The position numbers and the translations under genes were made by a program. Shown here one piece after another: positions 50,077-57,949 of a stretch of 64,000 nucleotides of DNA; position 1 is the first letter of the stretch, and every line of letters starts with the position of its first letter. The stretch lies in the IMG/VR virus record IMGVR_UViG_3300032294_002926, one strand, 5' to 3'. Below the pieces are notes generated by a model. The model was given only the letters and a program-made list of their open reading frames with translations. It did no database searches and was not told the DNA's origin. Origin of the DNA: a virus (Duplodnaviria; Heunggongvirae; Uroviricota; Caudoviricetes).

Positions 50077-50110
50077 CACCCTCCCCTCAGTAAAATCTGA
50101 ATGATATACT
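50055..50110 (+). promoter_or_regulatory. palindromic box ACCATTT-CAAA-AACTGTC plus extended -10 TGaTATACT
   Basis: Copy 5 of 5; 32-nt spacing; precedes the cobS C-half. Confidence 0.65.
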
Positions 50111-50137
50111 TTAATAGTAATCAAGTTATTTCTCAAC

Positions 50138-50260
50138 ATGAAAAATTTTAAAACATCTGAAATTAAGTCAATTCGTTTTGTTGGTAAAGGTCGTGTTCGT
50201 AATCTTACTGTAAATAAGAATCATACATTCCTTACTGCTAATGGAATTGTGACTCATAAT
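50138..50260 (+). mobile_element. split intein CobS, C-fragment (41 aa, basic, Cys+1)
   Basis: IKSIRFVG..NLTVNKNHTFLTANGIVTHN/C. Confidence 0.9.
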
Positions 50261-50836
50261 TGCGATCTAGCGAGTAATAAGATTTTGTGCCTTCAATCGG
50301 TTTTAGAAGGGAAAGGTGTTTATCTGAAAAAAATTAATAAATTTATTCAACATTCTGATGGATTCAATATTTTTGCCACAGCAAACACGAAAGGTAAAGG
50401 TTCTGAGGACGGTAGATTTATTGGTACAAACGTCCTGAACGAAGCTTTTCTTGAGCGTTTCTCCATTACTCTGGAGCAACAATATCCTTCGATTACAATT
50501 GAACAAAAAATTCTAGAAAAATTTATTCCTGAAGATTCTAGAGATGAAGCATTGATCTTCTCTCAAAGACTTGTCGATTGGGCCGACATTATCAGAAAGA
50601 CATTTTATGATGGTGGAATTGACGAGATTATTAGTACCCGTCGTCTAGTTCATATAATGAAGGCATATTCTATTTTTGGGAATAAAGAAAAAGCGATCAA
50701 AATTTGTATTAATCGCTTTGATCAGGAAACAAAAGAATCATTTTTGACTCTCTATGATAAAATAGATGCTGATTTTAATCTCTCAAGTGATCAAACGCCC
50801 GAACTCGAAAATCCAACTCCTGATCTTCCATTTTAA
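50138..50836 (+). CDS. cobS: IntC + CobS/MoxR-like AAA ATPase, C-half
   Basis: IVTHN|CDLASNKILCLQ; ATANTKGKG; NEAFLERF; ISTRRLV. Confidence 0.88.
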   Translation: MKNFKTSEIKSIRFVGKGRVRNLTVNKNHTFLTANGIVTHNCDLASNKILCLQSVLEGKGVYLKKINKFIQHSDGFNIFATANTKGKGSEDGRFIGTNVLNEAFLERFSITLEQQYPSITIEQKILEKFIPEDSRDEALIFSQRLVDWADIIRKTFYDGGIDEIISTRRLVHIMKAYSIFGNKEKAIKICINRFDQETKESFLTLYDKIDADFNLSSDQTPELENPTPDLPF

Positions 50837-50850
50837 TGTGCTATAATAAA

Positions 50851-50881
50851 GATCGAGATTAAAATCAAACTAATCTCGATC
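50851..50881 (+). other. perfect 11-bp stem-loop just downstream of TGcTATAAT
   Basis: GATCGAGATTA-9 nt-TAATCTCGATC; no T tract. Confidence 0.7.
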
Positions 50882-50906
50882 TTGACCTATATCATAAACC
50901 ATTAAA

Positions 50907-51263
50907 ATGAATAATTCAAATTTTAATCAAGAGAGTATTCCAGAAACCAAAAATCATTTATGGAAATATAGCGAAGAACCTATTTTAAAAGATCTTAAAG
51001 AGTATTTAATATCGACCTACGGTAGTCACTATTGCGGAGATGTTGAAGGTTATACTGATATTCAAACAATTGATCTACTTGCTTCTAAAGGACTAGCACC
51101 ATCTTTTTGTCAAGGTAATGTCATAAAATATGGATCTCGTTACGGCAAAAAAAGTGGAAGAAATAAAAAAGATCTCCTCAAAACAATTCATTATGCTATG
51201 CTTCTTTTACATTTTGATGGGCACTACTCTAATCAAAACAACGGTCTCAACGAATTTAGGTAA
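50907..51263 (+). CDS. DUF3310/SaV-like protein
   Basis: HY..IQTID..FCQGNVIKYGSRYGKK..DLLKTIHY pattern. Confidence 0.65.
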   Translation: MNNSNFNQESIPETKNHLWKYSEEPILKDLKEYLISTYGSHYCGDVEGYTDIQTIDLLASKGLAPSFCQGNVIKYGSRYGKKSGRNKKDLLKTIHYAMLLLHFDGHYSNQNNGLNEFR

Positions 51264-51272
51264 TTCTTAACT

Positions 51273-51956
51273 ATGAAAAATAAAAATCACAATATTAAAA
51301 TTTCTGAAACCACTCTCGCGCTTCTAAAAAATTTTGCATCCATTAATAATTCGATTCTTGTGAAACAAGGTAATCGTCTTAGAACCATTTCTGTTGGCAA
51401 GAATATCCTGGCGGAAACAGAGGTTCCTGAATGTTTCCCCAGGGATTTTGCAATTTATGATCTAAATCAATTTCTAAATGGATTAAATCTTTATCAGGAT
51501 CCAGAATTTGATTTCTCGGAAGAAAAATATCTTTCTATCCGAGAGGGTAATCGTAGAGTCAAATATTTCTTTGCAGAACCTCATGTAATTATTTCTCCAC
51601 CAGATAAAGAGATGCAATTACCATCAAGTGATATATCTTTTAAATTAGATAATGTCACCTTGGAGAAACTATTGAAAGCATCGTCTGTCTATCAACTGCC
51701 GGATCTTTCTGTGACTGGTGAATCAGGAGTCATTCGATTGTTGGTAAAAGATAAAAGAAATGATACATCAAATGAGTATTCAATTGTTGTAGGTGAAACA
51801 GATAAACAATTCACTTTTAATTTCAAAGTTGAGAATATTCGAATTATTCCAGGATCTTATGATGTAAATATTTCAAATAAACTTTTGTCTAAATTTACAA
51901 ATTCGCAATATAATCTTTCTTATTGGATTGCACTAGAACCAGATTCTATTGTTTAA
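51273..51956 (+). CDS. gp45: sliding clamp
   Basis: TLALLKNFASINNSI; FPRDFAIYDLNQFL; YWIALEPDS. Confidence 0.93.
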   Translation: MKNKNHNIKISETTLALLKNFASINNSILVKQGNRLRTISVGKNILAETEVPECFPRDFAIYDLNQFLNGLNLYQDPEFDFSEEKYLSIREGNRRVKYFFAEPHVIISPPDKEMQLPSSDISFKLDNVTLEKLLKASSVYQLPDLSVTGESGVIRLLVKDKRNDTSNEYSIVVGETDKQFTFNFKVENIRIIPGSYDVNISNKLLSKFTNSQYNLSYWIALEPDSIV

Positions 51957-51958
51957 TT

Positions 51959-52387
51959 ATGGAATTTCTTCTTTATTTGAATTTGCAAGGAAAACAAATT
52001 ATTCATGATCTTATATCCGCAAAATTTCATATTCATGAAAATGTGAATGAATGTAAAAATCCTGATATCTTGTCTTATGTAGCATCACCCAAAAAATTTG
52101 TCATTTGCACCGAAAATATTAAAAGAAGTAATTTAAGTTTAAATAAACATATACCTGAATCAGTTTATCATGAAGCAATTCATGCAGCACAAATTTGCAA
52201 TAATCATGAACCTCTGGGGGTCCCATCAAAAGCGATGAATCTTTCTCAGAGCAAATATGAAGATGTTAAACAAAGCGTTAAAATTTTTCCAAATTCGTAT
52301 AAAGTAGTTCAAAAAGAGCATGAAGCATACTTCTTCGAAGATAAACCAGAAAAAGTTCGCTTTTATGTAAGAAAGTTTTGTTTCTAA
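51959..52387 (+). CDS. hypothetical protein with HExxH motif
   Basis: ATG 51959 after the gp45 stop; VYHEAIHAAQIC..EHEAY. Confidence 0.65.
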   Translation: MEFLLYLNLQGKQIIHDLISAKFHIHENVNECKNPDILSYVASPKKFVICTENIKRSNLSLNKHIPESVYHEAIHAAQICNNHEPLGVPSKAMNLSQSKYEDVKQSVKIFPNSYKVVQKEHEAYFFEDKPEKVRFYVRKFCF

Positions 52388-52441
52388 ACAGAAAACTCTT
52401 TTGAATCTATTTAATTATTACACAATTTTGAGGAATTAACT

Positions 52442-52972
52442 TTGAATATATTTGTAACTTCTTTATGTCCTGCTAAAAGTGCAATTGTGCTCCCTGATCG
52501 TCATATAACAAAAATGCCAGTTGAATCTGTTCAAATGCTCTCAATAGTGGCATCATCAAAGTGGGGATACGGATATGGAAATCTTCATAAAAAAGATGGC
52601 ACACCTTATTCAACTCAAAAAGGTGCATTTAGGAATCATCCCTGTACCAAATGGGTTTCAGAATCAATTCACAATGCCTTTTGGTTGATTCAACATGGAA
52701 TGCACCTATGCAATGAGTTTGAATTGCGCTATAATAAGAAACATGCCTGTTTAGACCCTTTAGAAGAGGCATATCACATTTTCCCAAAAGGCAAAATCGA
52801 AGAAGTTACTTATTTTACTCGTGCAATGCCAGATCAATGGAAAATGGATAAAAGTATTGATACCTTTGAAGCATATAAAAGATATATTTCATCTAAACCA
52901 TGGGTGAAAAATAATTATCTTCGGATCACTTCAAGAAAACCAGATTGGATAAATTATTATGGAACTAATTGA
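52442..52972 (+). CDS. pyrimidine-dimer DNA glycosylase (DenV-like) family protein
   Basis: MNIF..D.HITKMPVESVQML; NHPCTKW; FELRYNKKH. Confidence 0.6.
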   Translation: MNIFVTSLCPAKSAIVLPDRHITKMPVESVQMLSIVASSKWGYGYGNLHKKDGTPYSTQKGAFRNHPCTKWVSESIHNAFWLIQHGMHLCNEFELRYNKKHACLDPLEEAYHIFPKGKIEEVTYFTRAMPDQWKMDKSIDTFEAYKRYISSKPWVKNNYLRITSRKPDWINYYGTN

Positions 52973-53918
52973 ACCTAAACCCTTTCTATGGGTAGAGCGT
53001 TGGGCACCAGAATCTGTTGAAGATTTAATTTTAACTAGTAATGTTAAAGACTTTTTTTTGAATGTTGCCCAACAAGGACAACTCAATCAGAATTTAATTC
53101 TTCAAGGAACTCAGGGGTGTGGTAAAACTCAAACAATTAAAACTCTTTGTAAAATCACAAAACAAGATGTTTTATTTTTAAATGGATCTTCTGAAGGAAG
53201 ATATTTGGATACAATTCGAAATCAAGTAATTAACTTTGGAACTACTGTTTCAATGTTTAATGATAAGAAAAAAGTTGTATTTTTTGACGAATTTGATGGC
53301 ACAACTAACGATGTAATGTTATGTCTTCGTGGCGTCATTGAACAACTTCATAATAATGTATCTTTTATTTTTACCTGCAATAACTTAAACAAAATTATTG
53401 AACCAATTCAATCTAGATGTGTGATTCTAAAATACACACCTATTTCAAAGAATGACAAACCTCAAATGATGTCAGATATCTTTAAAAGAGTATCTTATAT
53501 CTTAAATCAAGAAAATATCGAATTTGATAAGAAAATCATTTTAGAATTAATCAAGAGTACATTCCCAGATACAAGAAAACTGATAAATATACTTCAAAGA
53601 TATAGTTTATCTGGAAAAATTGACTCTGATATTCTTTCATTGCATTCTGATGTTTCTATAGATAAACTTATTAAATTTTTAAAAGATAAAAATTTTACAG
53701 AAGTTCGTAAATGGGTTGTTGAAAATTTAGATAATGATTCTTCTTTAATTTTGCGTAAAATTTATGATGCTTGCTACGAGTATCTTTTACCTCAGTCTAT
53801 TCCTCCTGCTGTTCTTATTATCGCTAAGTATCAGTATCAGTCATCTTTTTGCTCGGATCAAGAAATAAATACATTAGCTGCATTAACTGAAATTATGGTA
53901 GAATGCGAATGGAAATAA
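52959..53918 (+). CDS. gp44: clamp loader large subunit
   Basis: FLWVERWAP; GTQGCGKT; FFDEFD; PIQSRC; DQEIN. Confidence 0.92.
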   Translation: MELIEPKPFLWVERWAPESVEDLILTSNVKDFFLNVAQQGQLNQNLILQGTQGCGKTQTIKTLCKITKQDVLFLNGSSEGRYLDTIRNQVINFGTTVSMFNDKKKVVFFDEFDGTTNDVMLCLRGVIEQLHNNVSFIFTCNNLNKIIEPIQSRCVILKYTPISKNDKPQMMSDIFKRVSYILNQENIEFDKKIILELIKSTFPDTRKLINILQRYSLSGKIDSDILSLHSDVSIDKLIKFLKDKNFTEVRKWVVENLDNDSSLILRKIYDACYEYLLPQSIPPAVLIIAKYQYQSSFCSDQEINTLAALTEIMVECEWK

Positions 53919-54085
53919 AAGATAAAATGGACGAAATAAAAACAATGTATCAAATAAAATCAAAGTGGTACTATGTTTTTTGGGGTATCATGGCTTTCTG
54001 TGTAGTTTCCGGTCAAATTTATGTTGGACTTGGTTATAGAGAAATGGTAGATACAATAAAAAATATTCAATTGAATTCAAAATAG
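53903..54085 (+). CDS. small membrane protein (true start may be a downstream ATG)
   Basis: Hydrophobic WYYVFWGIMAFCVVSGQIYVGLG segment. Confidence 0.55.
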   Translation: MRMEIKDKMDEIKTMYQIKSKWYYVFWGIMAFCVVSGQIYVGLGYREMVDTIKNIQLNSK

Positions 54086-54112
54086 TTCAAAAATTGAAAA
54101 TAAAATATTATT

Positions 54113-54727
54113 ATGATTATTGAAAATAAAAATTTTGAAAAATTAACTAAAAAACAACAATCAAGAATCATTGATTATGCTGAAGTTGTTTTTACAGATC
54201 TAAATGCGCAATCTTTAAATTGGAATTTAAAAAGAAATAATCCAAATAATGTAAGAGCAGTTACTCATGGTAATTATGATCGAATACATACATGTTCCGT
54301 CCCATCTGGACTTGTTAGTGGAAATGCTATAAAGGCAAAATCAGAAGACCAGAGTTTTTGTTTTTGTAAAGATCACTGTTATAGACCTCAATTTATGTTG
54401 ATGATGTTTATGGATAATTCTGAATTCTTTTTAAAAGATTTTAATTTATTTTTAGAATATATTATTCTATCTTGTACTACAATCTTAATTACACCAGAAG
54501 AAAATGAAGTTCTGAAGAAATTTACTCAAAATAAAAACGGTAAAATAGAAATAAAAGTGCCTGTAGATCTGACATATCAGGAAGCAAATATTCAATTATT
54601 TGAGCGTGTTAATGGTAAAAAATGGTGGCAAAAAGAATTGAACACAGTTTCCAATTATTTAAAAACTCCTAAACTTTATATTGATTATGAGAAACAGTTT
54701 CTAGTTGAACAACATGATATCAAATAA
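54113..54727 (+). CDS. hypothetical protein
   Basis: 204-aa ORF; KDHCYRPQ..LITPEEN weakly HNH-like. Confidence 0.65.
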   Translation: MIIENKNFEKLTKKQQSRIIDYAEVVFTDLNAQSLNWNLKRNNPNNVRAVTHGNYDRIHTCSVPSGLVSGNAIKAKSEDQSFCFCKDHCYRPQFMLMMFMDNSEFFLKDFNLFLEYIILSCTTILITPEENEVLKKFTQNKNGKIEIKVPVDLTYQEANIQLFERVNGKKWWQKELNTVSNYLKTPKLYIDYEKQFLVEQHDIK

Positions 54728-55826
54728 TGATGCTGTATGGGCAGCAGATCACTTTATTCAATATTTTTCTCATATGACAAGTATTGAAGATTACCTAAGA
54801 TTTGTAAAAAAAGAAAGTATTCAAAAAACAAATTCAATTGTATCTTTGGAAGATGAATTCTTTAATGAAGATGTTCATCCTGAAGATATGAATTTTGATA
54901 TTCGTTTTGTGGGGAATAGATTTCAAGGTGGATTACCTCAAGAATATTATACTAATCTTCTCAAGATTGTATCTTCTCTTAACAATGAAGCAAATATACC
55001 AGGAAGAGAATTGCGTTGGATTGTCTTCGAGAAAAATTCAAAAAAAATAGTTGGATTTATTCGATTCGGTTCTCCTATTATTAATTCAAAACCTAGAAAT
55101 AATTGGTTAGGTGAACCACCAAATCTTTCCATTTTCAATCGCCACTCAGCGATGGGATTTGTGATTGTACCGTCTCAACCTTTTGGGTATAATTATCTTG
55201 GTGGTAAACTTCTTGCGTTAATATGTTGTTCTCATTTTGCTAGAGAATCCTTAAATGACGTATTTGAAAAGGACATTGCTCTTTTTGAAACTACATCATT
55301 ATATGGATCAACTAAAAATTCTTCTCAGTATGATGGACTTGAACCATTCTTGAGATATAAGGGATTAACAGAAAGTAAATTTATTCCTCTCTTGCATGAT
55401 GAAATTTTTCATAAACTTCATGATAGATTTACTTATTTAAATAACAATACACCATTGACAGATAATAAGGCATCTTCAAAAAAAATAAAAAGACAAACTA
55501 GAATGATTAAAATCATTCGTGAATCTTTACAAGATGAAGAAAAATTAAAACAATTTAATCGAGTAATAGATCTAGCATTTGATCTCACACAAAAAAAGAG
55601 ATTTTATATCTCAGATTATGGGTATTCCAATGTTCGTGAAGTTATCTTAGGTCAACAGAACAAATTAATTAAAGGTCAAAATTGGGATAAATTTTATCTA
55701 GAGAATATCATTCAAAAATGGAAAACCAAAGCATCTAAAAGATATAAAAAACTAAAGGAAGAAAATAAATTTAGAAATAAAGTAGAATTATGGACTAATG
55801 ATGAAAAAATTCAAATTATAAGATAA
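54705..55826 (+). CDS. DUF4338 (DruA-like) domain protein
   Basis: IPGRELRW..VGFIRFGSP..VPSQPFGYNYLGGKLLAL..ETTSLYG. Confidence 0.65.
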   Translation: MNNMISNNDAVWAADHFIQYFSHMTSIEDYLRFVKKESIQKTNSIVSLEDEFFNEDVHPEDMNFDIRFVGNRFQGGLPQEYYTNLLKIVSSLNNEANIPGRELRWIVFEKNSKKIVGFIRFGSPIINSKPRNNWLGEPPNLSIFNRHSAMGFVIVPSQPFGYNYLGGKLLALICCSHFARESLNDVFEKDIALFETTSLYGSTKNSSQYDGLEPFLRYKGLTESKFIPLLHDEIFHKLHDRFTYLNNNTPLTDNKASSKKIKRQTRMIKIIRESLQDEEKLKQFNRVIDLAFDLTQKKRFYISDYGYSNVREVILGQQNKLIKGQNWDKFYLENIIQKWKTKASKRYKKLKEENKFRNKVELWTNDEKIQIIR

Positions 55827-56206
55827 TGGAACTCAAAGATTGGTTAAATTCAATTAATTTCACTAAAGTAAATTTAATAGATGAAGATTCTCTTTTAGAG
55901 AAGGAATATTCGCCATATGTCATTAATCACTGTTTATCTGCACATATTGATTCAATCATGTTTGTAAATGAATTGAATATGATGCATTTTCTTTCTAAAA
56001 AAATGCAATATGATTTTCTTTTGAATGTTTTAAGGAAGAAGAAGAGATATGCACCATGGATTCGTAAAGAAAAGATGGAAGATATTGAATATATTAAAAA
56101 GTACTATCATTATAGTGATGAGAAGGCAAAGAATGCTTTAAAAATTCTAACAAAACCCCAGATTGATTTTATAAAATCCCAATTTCAAACTGGTGGGAAG
56201 AAATAA
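55826..56206 (+). CDS. gp62: clamp loader small subunit
   Basis: MELKDWLNSIN; YSPYVINHCLS; QYDFLLN; YSDEKAK. Confidence 0.88.
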   Translation: MELKDWLNSINFTKVNLIDEDSLLEKEYSPYVINHCLSAHIDSIMFVNELNMMHFLSKKMQYDFLLNVLRKKKRYAPWIRKEKMEDIEYIKKYYHYSDEKAKNALKILTKPQIDFIKSQFQTGGKK

Positions 56207-56244
56207 TTTCGTTTTATGTATAATTATGCGCAAAAACAAATAAA

Positions 56245-56252
56245 TATAAATA
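56245..56252 (+). promoter_or_regulatory. late promoter TATAAATA
   Basis: Exact consensus upstream of regA. Confidence 0.6.
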
Positions 56253-56281
56253 AAACATATATAACTTAATTTGAGGTAAGT

Positions 56282-56728
56282 ATGTCAGTTGTAAATGAAC
56301 CCAAAGTGAATTGGACTCCGAGCATGATGATCGAAGTTTTATTGAATGAACCTGATGATTTTCTTAAAGTTCGAGAAACCCTAACACGTATTGGTGTAGC
56401 TTCAAGAAAAGAAAAGAAACTGTATCAGAGTTGTCATATTCTGCATAAGCAGGGCAAGTACTTCATTGTAAGTTTTAAAGAACTTTTTGCGTTAGATGGA
56501 AAACATGCAAATCTAACTGTAAATGATATTCAACGTCGAAATAGAATAGCGCAACTAATTGCAGATTGGGGTCTAGTTACAATTTGCAATCCGGAACAAC
56601 TTAATGATATTGCTCCATTGAATCAGATTAAAGTACTTTCTTATAAGGATAAGAATGATTGGATTTTAGAAACAAAATATAATATTGGATCTAAAAAGAA
56701 AAGAGTTGATGAAGAAGGTGAGTTTTAA
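56282..56728 (+). CDS. regA: translational repressor
   Basis: PDDFLKVRETLTRIGVASRK..LYQSCHILHKQGKYFIVSFKELFALDG. Confidence 0.95.
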   Translation: MSVVNEPKVNWTPSMMIEVLLNEPDDFLKVRETLTRIGVASRKEKKLYQSCHILHKQGKYFIVSFKELFALDGKHANLTVNDIQRRNRIAQLIADWGLVTICNPEQLNDIAPLNQIKVLSYKDKNDWILETKYNIGSKKKRVDEEGEF

Positions 56729-56789
56729 GAACAAAAATATTCGGTTTTCCTGACTGGTAATATCTTTTAAAATCGTGCTATATATTTAC

Positions 56790-56836
56790 CGGATGCCTTA
56801 AAGGGTCCATAAAATAAAAACTCGCTTTTAAAGGAG
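56790..56836 (+). promoter_or_regulatory. structured 5' UTR of hsp20
   Basis: GGATGCC-TTAAA-GGGTCC stem and CTCGCTTTTAAAGGAG, which can pair with the SD. Confidence 0.45.
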
Positions 56837-56843
56837 ATTTAAA

Positions 56844-57290
56844 ATGATGAAATCTTTAGCACGATATACTTCGTCTGATCTTTCTGGTTTAATGGAGAGA
56901 ATTTCTCGTAATAGCATTGGATTGGATGAGTATCTAGATCGATTTTTCAATCTAAATTTTTATGATACGTCATCAAATTATCCACCATATAATTTAGTTG
57001 ATGTCAATAATATTGAATCTTATCTAGAAATTGCATTAGCAGGATTTGAAAAATCTGAAGTTCATGTATATACAGAATATGGAAAACTTTTTGTTGAAGG
57101 TAGAAAGGATTCTGAACCAGAGACTTCAAATACATATGTCTATAGAGGACTAGCGACAAGAAGTTTCAAAAAATCATGGATTCTGTTTGATGATACCGAA
57201 GTTAAATCTGTTGAATTCAATAACGGTTTGCTTCGAATTCATCTGACAAAAGTTATACCTGAACATCATTCTAGAAAAGAATATCTATAA
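56844..57290 (+). CDS. hsp20: small heat shock protein
   Basis: NYPPYNL; EIALAGF; YRGLATRSF; NGLLRI. Confidence 0.93.
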   Translation: MMKSLARYTSSDLSGLMERISRNSIGLDEYLDRFFNLNFYDTSSNYPPYNLVDVNNIESYLEIALAGFEKSEVHVYTEYGKLFVEGRKDSEPETSNTYVYRGLATRSFKKSWILFDDTEVKSVEFNNGLLRIHLTKVIPEHHSRKEYL

Positions 57291-57315
57291 ATTAAATAGT
57301 GGTACTTTAAATCAT

Positions 57316-57358
57316 AGAGAAGGATTCACTGAAAATCAGTTGACTCCTTCTCTTTTTT
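57316..57358 (+). terminator. rho-independent terminator after hsp20
   Basis: AGAGAAGGA..TCCTTCTCT stem followed by Ts. Confidence 0.85.
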
Positions 57359-57368
57359 ATGATATACT
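57340..57368 (+). promoter_or_regulatory. sigma70-type promoter overlapping the terminator
   Basis: TTGACT-17 nt-TATACT with TG extension. Confidence 0.75.
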
Positions 57369-57390
57369 ACAACTGTAGTGAGGGATAAAA

Positions 57391-57723
57391 ATGTCAATTA
57401 AACTTGCAAAACTAAAATCAGGTGAAATTATTATCTCTGATATAAAAGAAATATTTTCTGAAGACAGCACTTGTGCATATTTATTTAAAAATCCACAATT
57501 AATTGAAATAAAAAGATCAATTCTTCTGACAGAAGAATTTAATGATTCAAAATCAAATATAGAAGTCTCAATGACGCCATGGATTATCTTAACGAGTGAT
57601 GATAAAATTCAAGTCACACTGGATTCTGTCGTTGCTATAGTAAATCCAATTCAAACCATAAAAGAAATGTATGAGGAGAAAATGAATGACAAAGACAGTA
57701 AAGTGCCTGTTACTGAAAGTTGA
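57391..57723 (+). CDS. conserved hypothetical (Sm-like) protein
   Basis: IKLAKLKSGEIIISDIKE..PWI; usual position upstream of gp43. Confidence 0.7.
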   Translation: MSIKLAKLKSGEIIISDIKEIFSEDSTCAYLFKNPQLIEIKRSILLTEEFNDSKSNIEVSMTPWIILTSDDKIQVTLDSVVAIVNPIQTIKEMYEEKMNDKDSKVPVTES

Positions 57724-57949
57724 TAATGTAATTATTACAGAAATTCAAGAAATTGATGCGGAATTAGGTGATCCAAATTGTAAATTAATTAAACCCTATC
57801 AAATAGATGAGAATGCACATCTATCTCCATGGCCAGATGAAGAGTTGACAGAACAAAAAGAAATGATGATTCACTCTGATAGCATCTTGACTATTGTAGA
57901 CCCCAAACCTGAAATCATTGAAAAGTATTTAGAGTTGACTAAAACATGA
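57686..57949 (+). CDS. conserved hypothetical protein
   Basis: ELGDPNCKLIKPY..LSPWP; overlaps its neighbours. Confidence 0.7.
   Translation: MTKTVKCLLLKVDNVIITEIQEIDAELGDPNCKLIKPYQIDENAHLSPWPDEELTEQKEMMIHSDSILTIVDPKPEIIEKYLELTKT

Noticed and set aside
45410-50836. cobS/cobT as cobalamin-synthesis auxiliary genes
   Set aside because: The motifs show only a MoxR-type AAA and a vWA partner, a common chaperone pair in T4-like cyanophages; no other cob genes are present.
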